From: a virus
Virus record (IMG/VR): IMGVR_UViG_3300032236_000548
Span: 40,656-104,655 of that record
Reading direction: 5' to 3' (one strand)
DNA length: 64,000 nucleotides
Shown: piece after piece, positions 1 through 10,000 of the stretch
Numbering within the stretch: the stretch's first letter is position 1
Layout: the number at the start of each line of letters is the position of its first letter
Notes under the pieces: generated by a model
Database searches by the model: none
What the model saw: the letters and a program-made list of their open reading frames with translations, nothing else
Told to the model about the DNA's origin: nothing
Translations under genes and position numbers: made by a program

Positions 1-402
1 ACATTTAACGACGGTGATTCTATTGTTTCTTACAGCACTGCCGGTGCTAATGCTAGTTCAAGTTTTGCACTAAGCGTACAGAACAAAGAAATTATCTACG
101 GTGATGGTAATCAGATTAGTATCGGTGATAAGAGTTTACAAGCTAAACCTGTAAAAGTATTTGGCAAACTAAGTGTAGGTATTAATAACCCAGATCCAAC
201 AGTTAATTTTAGCGTAAATGGAGATGTTAGTATCGGCGGTAAACGCTTTACTAGTGCTACAGAAGCACCTACATCTGGTAGCTATCAACTTGGTGACATT
301 TGTTGGAATAGTGCTCCGCATACTAACAGCTATGTTGGCTGGGTGTGTGTAGTTGCCGGCACACCAGGTCAATGGTGTGGCTTTGGACAAATTGCTAGTT
401 AA
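1..402 (+). CDS. 5'-truncated virion/tail-fibre-type protein (C-terminal part)
   Basis: Not in the ORF track. Frame 1 is open from base 1 to TAA at 400-402 and ends ...PTSGSYQLGDICWNSAPHTNSYVGWVCVVAGTPGQWCGFG, a C-terminal motif typical of T4-like/cyanophage fibre proteins. Confidence 0.65.
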   Translation, partial: TFNDGDSIVSYSTAGANASSSFALSVQNKEIIYGDGNQISIGDKSLQAKPVKVFGKLSVGINNPDPTVNFSVNGDVSIGGKRFTSATEAPTSGSYQLGDICWNSAPHTNSYVGWVCVVAGTPGQWCGFGQIAS

Positions 403-433
403 ACTAGTCGTATTTAAATCAACGAAGTCTCAA

Positions 434-439
434 TAAATA
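434..439 (+). promoter_or_regulatory. TAAATA late-type promoter
   Basis: Core of the T4 late promoter TATAAATA; recurs upstream of many genes in this window. Confidence 0.5.
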
Positions 440-462
440 TTTGCTTAAGAGCGAATATTATT

Positions 463-798
463 ATGGGACCTATTACCCGAGAACTATACAAACAAATTAA
501 AGGCTGGAGGATCTACTCTGTTATCGCTCCGGCACTATTTTGTGCGAGTGCGGCTTTATTGTATCTAAAATACGGAACTCCCTTCCAATCAATTTTTTTC
601 ACAGGCTTGATTGTTTTGAGTGTAACTTGTATTAGTTGGTGGCATTGGAGCCTTTCGACTATGGTTACCATGCTTGCCATTATGAAAGATACCGACGACC
701 ACTTTAAAGAAGTTGCTGAAAAATTGGAGCAACTACGTATCCAAAATGGTGGCAGACCTGAATTAAAATTAGTCAAACCCGTTGACAACGATAAGTAA
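463..798 (+). CDS. hypothetical membrane protein (2 predicted TM helices)
   Basis: Two hydrophobic segments and a charged C-terminus; follows a TAAATA motif. Confidence 0.65.
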   Translation: MGPITRELYKQIKGWRIYSVIAPALFCASAALLYLKYGTPFQSIFFTGLIVLSVTCISWWHWSLSTMVTMLAIMKDTDDHFKEVAEKLEQLRIQNGGRPELKLVKPVDNDK

Positions 799-809
799 GA
801 GTATATAAT
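782..809 (+). promoter_or_regulatory. sigma70-type promoter
   Basis: TTGACA (782-787), 16-bp spacer, TATAAT (804-809). Confidence 0.75.
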
Positions 810-815
810 AGTTAT

Positions 816-884
816 ATTGCGGCCTTAGACGCTCATCCCGCATTATAAATTCTGCGTGTCATTGCTAAATCTTAGGAGATAACA
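816..884 (+). ncRNA. candidate structured 5' leader (H-type pseudoknot, riboswitch-like) of queD
   Basis: UGCGG(818-822)/CCGCA(838-842) stem; loop ACGC(829-832) can pair with GCGU(854-857); A/U-rich linker; lies upstream of the AGGAG RBS. Confidence 0.4.
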
Positions 885-1391
885 ATGGCAAATTTACAAC
901 CGGTTGCTTACAAATATCAAAGCACAAAAGAATATGTAGACGCATTTCCATGCGCCTATAGACAGTGGAGGGCAGATAGCCACTGTAATTTGATCCATGG
1001 ATATGCTTTTAGCATGAAGTTCTATTTTGGGACTAACGACTTAGACGTTCGTAATTGGGCGGCTGATTACGGTGGATTAAAAGAACTCAAAAGTATGCTA
1101 GAAGATCAATTTGATCACACTTTATTGGTAAGTGAAGATGATCCAGAATTGGCTACTTACAAACTGCTACAAGAAAAGAAATTGGCTAAACTAACTATCC
1201 TACCTCGTTTAGGATGCGAAGGTTTAGCAGACATGCTGTACAAGTATGTAAACGGTGTTTACATTCCAGACATGTGGGGACAAGGCGAAGCCGATCGCTT
1301 ATGGTGCTACCGTGTGGAAGTTAGAGAAACTCAAAGTAATATGGCATTTAGAGAAGGGCACCGCGAGTGGAATGAGGATCTTCTTTCGTAA
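885..1391 (+). CDS. queD: 6-pyruvoyl-tetrahydropterin synthase / QueD family protein
   Basis: C-x3-HGY motif (HCNLIHGY), DYGGLK, FDHTLL, GCEGLA, VEVRET; AGGAG RBS. Confidence 0.85.
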   Translation: MANLQPVAYKYQSTKEYVDAFPCAYRQWRADSHCNLIHGYAFSMKFYFGTNDLDVRNWAADYGGLKELKSMLEDQFDHTLLVSEDDPELATYKLLQEKKLAKLTILPRLGCEGLADMLYKYVNGVYIPDMWGQGEADRLWCYRVEVRETQSNMAFREGHREWNEDLLS

Positions 1392-1542
1392 ATTTTGGCG
1401 CATTTGGGCCAAAGCGTTAGGTGAAAAAGCAGGCAAAACGGACGAGGAATCGGACCGAATTGCTTGCATTCGAACCCTAATTGTGTTATCATATGTACTT
1501 ACAAACACTTTTATAATCGCAGGCGTCATAAGGCATTGGTAA
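1372..1542 (+). CDS. small phage membrane protein (WRIWAKALGEK type)
   Basis: The ATG at 1372 inside the 1255-1542 ORF is the likely start; C-terminal TM segment; stop overlaps the next ATG. Confidence 0.55.
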   Translation: MRIFFRKFWRIWAKALGEKAGKTDEESDRIACIRTLIVLSYVLTNTFIIAGVIRHW

Positions 1543-2567
1543 TGAAACGTATAGGCTTCGCATGTAAATGGATCGATCATCCACATCAAACAGACGGTAT
1601 TGGCAAAGACGATGATGCCAAACAATACAACACAGGCACAACTACTATTTCTTGGTTAAATAGACAATCGAGAGATATCGCGGAGCAGAAATTATGGGAC
1701 CTAATGGTAGGCAATATCGAAGCAACAAGGAAGTTGGTTGAACGTGTCAGCACACTTGACAGTTCTCTTCGGATGGTTAGGATTAGTAGTGACATTCTGC
1801 CTGCTTATACTCACGCTGACTTTGCTGATTATTGGCGTAAACCTGACGTTGTATCATACGCCGAAACCCACTTTAAGAGAGTGGGTGACATTGCTCGCAA
1901 TAGCAATGTTCGCTTGTCTATGCATCCTGGCCAATTTACTGTGCTGGCAAGTGATAACCCAGGGATTGTCGAACGCTCGATCGCAGAGTTTGAATACCAT
2001 GCTGATATGGCCCGCTGGATGGGATATGGAAAAACATTCCAAGATTTTAAAATCAACGTCCATATCTCCGGCAAACAAGGCCCTGAAGGCATTAGACGTG
2101 CCTACGGAAAACTAACACCCGAAGCCCGTAACTGTATTACTATCGAAAACGAGGAAAACTCTCATGGACTTACTGACTGTCTCACTATTAGTGATATTGT
2201 CCCCATTGTTCTTGACATACATCATCATTGGATACGAGAAGGGGAATATATTCAACCTAACGATGACCGCGTTAAAATGGTTGTTGATAGCTGGCGCGGC
2301 CTCCGTCCCACTTGTCATTATAGTATCAGCCGTGAAGATGTACTTGTGGGGCACTCCGGTAACGTTGCACCGAATCATGCCCAACTTCTTTTAGAAGGTT
2401 ACAAAAAGCAAAAGCTCAGGGCACATTCAGACTTTTACTGGAATACAGCAACGAATGAATGGGCTCTGAGCTTTTTAGATACTCACGATATTATGTGCGA
2501 ATCTAAAGGCAAAAACTTAGCTAGTTTTGCCCTTTACGAACAAGCTAAAAAACTTACTCTGCTTTAG
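1542..2567 (+). CDS. uvsE: UV DNA damage endonuclease (UVDE/UvsE)
   Basis: IGFAC N-terminus, RISSD, RLSMHPGQF, INVH, IENEE, VLDIHHH, HYS, RAHSD, MCESKGK; likely start MKRIG at 1542. Confidence 0.88.
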   Translation: MKRIGFACKWIDHPHQTDGIGKDDDAKQYNTGTTTISWLNRQSRDIAEQKLWDLMVGNIEATRKLVERVSTLDSSLRMVRISSDILPAYTHADFADYWRKPDVVSYAETHFKRVGDIARNSNVRLSMHPGQFTVLASDNPGIVERSIAEFEYHADMARWMGYGKTFQDFKINVHISGKQGPEGIRRAYGKLTPEARNCITIENEENSHGLTDCLTISDIVPIVLDIHHHWIREGEYIQPNDDRVKMVVDSWRGLRPTCHYSISREDVLVGHSGNVAPNHAQLLLEGYKKQKLRAHSDFYWNTATNEWALSFLDTHDIMCESKGKNLASFALYEQAKKLTLL

Positions 2568-2805
2568 GCTTTTTAGGAGCACGTGGCTTTTTAACAGCTG
2601 GTGCTTTCTTAGCCGATGGCTTTTTCTTAGCAGGTTTTGCAGGTGCAATATCAACTTGACCAGCACCTTCTACTACTACAGAAGCTGGTGGCTCGCCAAC
2701 TACGACAGGCACGTCACTGATTGTAGAAACACTAGGTGTTTCAACTTTGTATGGTGCTACTGGCTCGTCTGCTTTTTTAAAGAAACTTTTGAAAAATTTT
2801 AACAT
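2554..2805 (-). CDS. hypothetical protein with Lys/Ala/Pro-rich (histone H1-like) C-terminus
   Basis: GGAGG RBS and TAAATA on the minus strand; tail KPAKKKPSAKKAPAVKKPRAPKKPKAE. Confidence 0.7.
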   Translation of the reverse strand: MLKFFKSFFKKADEPVAPYKVETPSVSTISDVPVVVGEPPASVVVEGAGQVDIAPAKPAKKKPSAKKAPAVKKPRAPKKPKAE

Positions 2806-2824
2806 GGTATTTTATCCTCCAAGA

Positions 2825-2842
2825 TATTTACCTCGATAAATA
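2825..2842. promoter_or_regulatory. back-to-back TAAATA late-type promoters
   Basis: TATTTA (2825-2830, TAAATA on the minus strand) and TAAATA (2837-2842) between divergent genes. Confidence 0.6.
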
Positions 2843-2846
2843 CACT

Positions 2847-3407
2847 ATGTATAATTTTATCAAGCATATTACTTTAAATGAGGGCAAAACACCCAAGACT
2901 TTAACCCAAACAAAATTGCCGTATAGCCGCGATGATTTGGAGCCAAGTATCAGCGAAGATACTATAAACTATCACTATGGTAAACTATACAAAGCATACG
3001 TAGAACGTTTTAATAACGGCGAAGGCGATGCTGATTTTAATGAAGCAGGTGCTTTTTTACACGATTTATTGTTTACACAATACCAGGCACCAAGCAGTAG
3101 TAACACTCCAGACGGTTCTGCGGGCGAACTAATCACTAAACATTTTAAAACTTTTGATAACTTTAAAGAAAAGTTTCAAAAAGAAGCTATGGCAGTGCAA
3201 GGTAGCGGCTGGGTTTACTTGTCACACAGGGGCGAAATTAAAACAATCAAAAACCATGAAATTAAGATGGATATTGTATTGTTAATCGACTGGTGGGAGC
3301 ATGCCTGGGCATTGGACTACCAAGCAGATAAAAAGAAGTACCTAGCTAATCAGTGGAAAATTATCAACTGGAACGTTATTAGTTCTAGAATTGGTCTAGT
3401 GTCTTAA
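2847..3407 (+). CDS. sod: Fe/Mn superoxide dismutase
   Basis: LPYSRDDLEPSIS, YHYGKLY, GAFLH, QGSGWVYL, DWWEHAW (four metal ligands H,H,D,H). Confidence 0.9.
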   Translation: MYNFIKHITLNEGKTPKTLTQTKLPYSRDDLEPSISEDTINYHYGKLYKAYVERFNNGEGDADFNEAGAFLHDLLFTQYQAPSSSNTPDGSAGELITKHFKTFDNFKEKFQKEAMAVQGSGWVYLSHRGEIKTIKNHEIKMDIVLLIDWWEHAWALDYQADKKKYLANQWKIINWNVISSRIGLVS

Positions 3408-3672
3408 GACTACTAACTGGCATATCCCAAACTTTACGCGACTCAACACCCTTTTCCTGTGCAAACTTCTTAGCGTCACAATCTCCGCAAACGTGATAGT
3501 AGTTATTGTTTAACCTATTAGGATCCATTGATCCTTTATCGCGTTTAAAAATTCCCTGGCAACAATCGCAACGAAATATTACCACACGTTTCTTACGAAA
3601 ATATGTGTGGTTGTTCCCACGCTTACTTGTTCGCATGTATTGTGTTTGCTGGTATTCTGTTCCTAAGTACAT
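3385..3672 (-). CDS. small Zn-finger-like protein
   Basis: CDCC and CGDC cysteine pairs; TAAATA 5 nt upstream on the minus strand (3678-3683). Confidence 0.65.
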   Translation of the reverse strand: MYLGTEYQQTQYMRTSKRGNNHTYFRKKRVVIFRCDCCQGIFKRDKGSMDPNRLNNNYYHVCGDCDAKKFAQEKGVESRKVWDMPVSSLKTLDQF

Positions 3673-3742
3673 GATTGTATTTACTAGTTTACATTAAGAT
3701 TATAAAACGCCTTTGATAAATATTATATCGAGGGCTAAAATT

Positions 3743-4066
3743 GTGATCACAATTACTGAATCAGCAAAAACAAAAATTAAAGACATCCTTTATCAAGAAG
3801 GAAACCCAAGTTTAGCACTACGTACTTTTGTCCAAGGAGGTGGCTGTAGCGGTTTTAGTTACGGTTTTACACTAGACGAAGTAGCGAACGAAGACGATTT
3901 TGAAATCCCTGTTGATGAGTTTCGAGTGCTTGTAGACAGCATGAGTATGCAATACATGACAGGTGCAGAAATAGATTATAAAGAAGAGCTAATGGGCAGT
4001 AGTTTCACTATAAAGAATCCTAATGCGACAACACAATGCGGCTGCGGTAGCAGTTTCGGAGTTTAA
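3743..4066 (+). CDS. iscA: A-type Fe-S cluster carrier (IscA/ErpA/HesB family)
   Basis: ITITESA start, [13 protein letters not shown]-x3-CGCGSSF; GTG start at 3743 after a GAGG RBS and TAAATA (3717-3722). Confidence 0.92.
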   Translation: MITITESAKTKIKDILYQEGNPSLALRTFVQGGGCSGFSYGFTLDEVANEDDFEIPVDEFRVLVDSMSMQYMTGAEIDYKEELMGSSFTIKNPNATTQCGCGSSFGV

Positions 4067-4069
4067 TAA

Positions 4070-7000
4070 ATGACACAACAAATAATTGATATTGGTATAC
4101 AAGGTAATGACGGAACTGGTGATAGTATCCGTACATCGTTTAACAAAGTTAACCAAAACTTTACCGAAATTTATGCAATTTTTGGTGCTGGCGGCAGTAT
4201 TAAATTTGGAAACTTAGCAGATGCTCCAGGTAGTAGTACTTTTACTATCGTTAGTGCTAGCGGCAATGGTACCCAAGCTACATTAAACTTTGCCAATCCT
4301 AACCCAGGTTTAGGACTTCCGTTTAGTATTGGTCAAAATATTGTTATCACTGGCACACTTCCTAGCGGATATAATGGTGCTTATACTGTCACTAACGCAA
4401 CGCCAACTAGTGTTACTTTTGCAAATACTACAACAGCCGCTATTACCCAAACAGGTAAAATTGCAGGAACTGCATATAGCTCTAACCAAGTTATTATGGC
4501 TAGCACTACTGGCAATAGCTTAACTGCTAGAGATATTGTAGGTATTAATGGTATTACCATTGATGCTTCAGATAACAATCAATTGATTATTGGTTCCAAT
4601 TCTGGAGGATTGATCACTGATCCACAGCCAACACTTGGTACACACATGAATGCCGATCAGTTTATTATCGGTAATTTAGCAGATCCTGATCCAAGTCTTG
4701 TAACACAATTTAATGCTGTATTTGCTAGTAAAGGATATACAACAACTATTGGCCAAATGGCTGTTACTGTTAACTACGCTAACAATCATTACTTGCAAGT
4801 TACTAACGGACAGGTAGTAGGTCCATTGCGTGTTCGCGCACAACCAACCGTTGCACAAACAAATGATCCTGATTATGATCCAACATTAAGTGGAAACTAT
4901 GTATCAACAGAAGCCATTCAACGTAAAGATGCTATTTTACGTAGCGGCGACAAGATGGCTGGAACTTTAACCCTAAGTGATCACCCAGGTAGTATGGCCG
5001 GTGCAGGAACACCAAATGGTGCAGATGATTTGCAAGCGGCTACAAAGTTCTATGTTGACAACAACACTCATTATAGTAATGTAAACTTGTATGTTAGTAC
5101 AGGCGGCGATGATACACAAAGAAAAACTCCATTAGGACGCGAAGGTCGTGCTCCTCAGTACGCTTATAAAACTGTCGGTGCGGCTGCTCTACAAGCACAA
5201 AACTTAATTAACTTGTCGTTCACAGAGCCTGGCCCTTACAGACAAACTGTTGCTTACACTATTGGACCATCTCAGTACACAAGTAGTGTTACTAGTGTAA
5301 GTTTCAGTGGAGGAAATAGTGGTATACAGGGTTATTTAGATGCGGCTAGTTTGTTAGAATCAAACAAAACATTTATTCAAAACGAAACATTAGCTTATCT
5401 AAACCAAAAATATGTAAACACATTTACATTTGATAAAACTCGTTATAGCAATATCATATCTGACATTGTCGACGGCGTAGCATATGACTTAGTTTTAGGT
5501 ACAAACTTTAACTCTACTACACAAGCAAGCATCTTATTCAATGCATATAATAGTGATGTTGTTGGAAACTTATCAACCATCATTGCGGCTATTCAAAATG
5601 CTGAGAGCCAAATTTTAAATTATTCATATAATACCGATAACACACGAACATATATCGGTAAAGTAATTAACGCTCTATGCTATGACTTAGAGTTTGGATC
5701 TAACTTCCAAAGTATTCAAGTAGGTTTAGGATTTAAGTATGCAAATACTGGATTGGAAACAACTCCTACCGTTATTAATACTGTTGCTACTGCAACTAGC
5801 GGTACTGCGATCGGTACAGACAGTTCTATTTCTGGAACTACGTTAGTTGTAGGTGGATCAGTTACTGGTACATTTGCCGTAGGAATGACCTTAAGTGGCA
5901 TTGGCATTACTCCCGGAACAACTATCACAGCACTGGGTACTGGTACAGGCGGAGCAGGTTCTTACACAATTAGTACAAGTTACTCTGGTGGTCTTTCGCA
6001 TGTAAGAGTTACAGGTGTTAATAATCGAATTACAGTTAGTAGCACACAAAGTATGGTTGTTGGTTCTGCTATTGTGTTTACTGGAACTAGTTTTGGTAAC
6101 TTAATTGCAGGTAATACATATTACATTAACAGTATTCCCGATAGTGCAAATATTACTATTAGTTCATCGTTTGGTGGATCTGACTACTCTCTAGCAACTG
6201 CTACAGGTAGCATGGTGGCTAATACAACGGCTCCTTCAGAAATTGCAAGTGCGTTGACAAACTTGGCTAATCAAATTACATTGTTGCCTGCCGTTTCATC
6301 AACTCCTTCAATTGTTAATTCTATTAATGCAATTCTTAAAAATATTAGTGATATTATTGTCACTGGAACATTGCCTGCGCCAACTTATCCGCCAGTTACT
6401 ACTGGCACTGGTTTTAGTTATAACTCAGCTAAGTGTGCTCGCGACGTTGGACTTATTGTTAATGCAGTATTAGACGATATTATTTTTAATACAAACTATC
6501 GCTCGTTGACTGCGGCGTTTGCATATTTACGAAGCTATAGTAATGTAGTAACAACTAGTCAAAAAGCACAAACAATTGCCGGTATTAATAATGCTAGAGA
6601 TCAAATCATTGCATTAGTAAGTTCTAATAACGCGGCTGTAACTGCTATTACTGGCAAGTTTGGCATCATCACAACAATTATTAATAATGTCAGTGCTTCT
6701 GGTGCACCGAGTGTATCGTTTACCAATCCAGGAAATACAGCAGTTGGTATCGTTAACGGTGCCGCTGAATTACAATCAAATCGTCAATTCTTAATCGATG
6801 AAACTATTGCATACGTTAAAGCTAATCTTAGCCCAAATAGTATTCCTTTATACGATGAAACAAGTTGCCGTCGTGACACCGGATACATTGTTGATGCATT
6901 AACATTTGACTTATTATACGGTGGCAATAGTGCGACAGTTGTTGCCGCGGATGCTTACTTTAACGGTGTAACTAGTACCATTAGTCAAGAAACTACTGCG

Positions 7001-10000
7001 GTTGCAAGTGCGTTCACACACTTACAAGCTATCATTGGTAACATTATTCAAGCAAATACTTCTTGGACCAAGACTACCGGCAACGTTACAAATCAAAGCA
7101 CAGTAGTAGGAGTTGGTTCTCCAGCTGCCGCATCGACTGTTAGTACATTATTAGGTTATGTTATTGCTATCGTTAACGGAGGAACTTCGGCAGGACCTGC
7201 TGTTATTGCTCCAACATACGCAAACGGTGTAAATTACAGTTCTTATTCTTCTGTACAAACTACTATATTATCTAGTTTAACAAGCATCGAGTCGAACGTT
7301 ATAACATTCCTAAATGAAACTTATGTTTCATCAACAGGTCAAGTAAGTGCTGTTAACTTATTGTTAAACAATATTAATTTTATTCAAGCTGAGATTGTTG
7401 CGTACCTACTAGCAAACTATCCAACAGTAACTTATAACAAGGCCACTTGCCAGCGAGATGTAAAATATATTATCTGGGCATTATGTTATGACATCACTTA
7501 CGGTGGTAACAGCCAAAGTATATACGCCGGTTTACAATACTGGATCAACAATGCATATCAGATTGCTGGATACGAACAAGCGGCTACAGTAAGTGCAATC
7601 GGTTATCTTGGAACTATTGCACAGAATATTGTACAAAATCAAACTCCAGTTAAACTATATCAAACTGGTGTAATTCAATATGCAAATACTACATTAAGTG
7701 GCGGTAGTGTAGCTACTTCTAGCATTAATACTAACATTGGTACAATTCAAAGTATCGTGGCTAGTAGCTCACAACCTAGTGTGTCGGTCACTTACCCAAC
7801 CACAAGTGCCGTTGCATCAACATTGACTACCGCTGTTGCGGCAATTACTGCCGATACAACAACTTTAGAATCGAATGCTATCACTTATATTGATACAAAC
7901 TTCCCAGTATTGAATAATAGTATTCAAAAGACTACTATTACAAATCTATTCAATACTGTAACTAATATTCTAAATGGTGGCATCGGTAGTAGAACACGAC
8001 CTACATACGCAACTACAGGATTTAGTTCAAGTATCGTACAAGCACAGTCTGCAATTTTAGCTAACATTGATTTTATTACAGCTGAAACAAATGCATGGAT
8101 TAATTCTCAATACCCAGGTGTAACATATGATCCTGTTGCATCTGCTAGAGATTTGTCATTTGTTTTAGAAGCGATTGTTTACGACATTACCTACGGTGGT
8201 AGTGCGGCTACGACTCAAGCGGCTAACCAATATTATGCAAACGGTGTTGCACAACTAGTGACTGGATTACCTTCAGTTTGTTCGGCTGCACTTAACCATG
8301 CATTAAACGTAACTCAAAACGTTGTATCAAACAGTTTAGTGACTCCAAGTGCTGGTAATTATATTACTACAACTGGTGCTAGTGGTGACGGTGTCAACGT
8401 TACTATCACATTTGCACCACAAGCAACTCCTCCTTATAGCATTGGCCAAGTAATTGCTATTCAAGGTGTTACTCCAACGGGGTACAATACTAATAATGGT
8501 GCAGGTGTAACTGTTACCAACTGTACTACTACCAGTGTAACTTTTGCAAGTACTGCCAGTGGCGCACAAACTATTGCAGGAAAAATTACAAAACAAGTTT
8601 TAAATTCATCATGGACACAAAGCTATGCTCAAAGTGCCGTTGTTAATACTTTGTTTGGAATTGTAACTGGTGTAATCGGAAGTAACAGTGTAGCTACTCC
8701 TGTATATCCAGTAATCACTAGTTACGATAATGCATTGCAAGCAACATTTGGTATTATTACAAACAATACATACACTATTTCAAATAATGTAGTAACATAC
8801 TTGACTAATACATTTAGTGGTGGATTTAGTTATAACGAAGCAACTTGCTACAGAGACCTTGGTTACATTATCGACGGACAAGTGATTGACTTGTTAACAG
8901 ACGGAACTTATCAAAGTATTACCGCAGGTAAGAGTTATTACAAAAACGTAAGTGCAAAGGCAATTGCGATTGGCTCACAGTACTCTGAAACAGTTGATGG
9001 TATTCAGTTTGCACAACAACTTGCAATTCAAGTTTTAAATCAAACAGTACAAACACGTTATCAAACATTAATATCTCAAGTTACTGATAATACTAAAAAT
9101 GCTACTGTAGGTACAAACGTTGCTACAGGTACATTTGTAAGCAACACAACAACTACATTGACATTAACTAGTATTACAGGAGTTATTGTTCCAGGTATGG
9201 TGATAACTGGTACTGGATTTACAAATAGCACTCCAGTAACTATTACAAGTATTTTAAATTCAAGCACTGTATCAATTAGCGCGGCACCTGCTGGAACTCC
9301 TAGCGGTACTATTACATTAACTGCTACACCAGTTACAACATTAAATGCCAACATGAATACTATTATTAGTATTATCAATGGCGGTGTTGGTGCGGCTCCT
9401 ACACCAAGTTTTGGTAGCGGATACTATACTGTTACATTCAGTAACGGTGGTAATGGTTATGTTGATCAAGGTCAGGCTGGTTCAAATCACATTATTCCAG
9501 GAAAGATTTTAGTAGGAGATACATCTAGCTCATACGGTCAAATTGTTAGTTATGTACCTGGAGTAAGTTCTAACAACGACACAGTTACATTGAACATGAC
9601 TCGCCCAGGGTTCTTTGCATACATTCCAACAACTGCAACTGCAACTGCTGGTAGTACTACACTTACTGTAACTGCAACAAGTTATACAACTGCATTTAAT
9701 AGCACTTCAAACATTGTTGTTGGGTTAGGTGTAACTGGCGTTAATATTCCGTTAGGTGCAACGGTTACTGCTATTATAGGAAATACTGTAACCATTAGCA
9801 CTCCTACACTAGGAATTCTAACTAGCAGTAACGTTGTATTCGGTGAATTACTAGATTTCGGTGAAACTGTTTCAGAACAAAACATTACCATTTATGTTGA
9901 AAGCGGTATCTATTATGAAGATTACCCAATTAAGTTATCAGCCAACGTAACAATTCGCGGTGACGACTTCCGTAGAACAATTATTCGTCCGTTGAATCGT

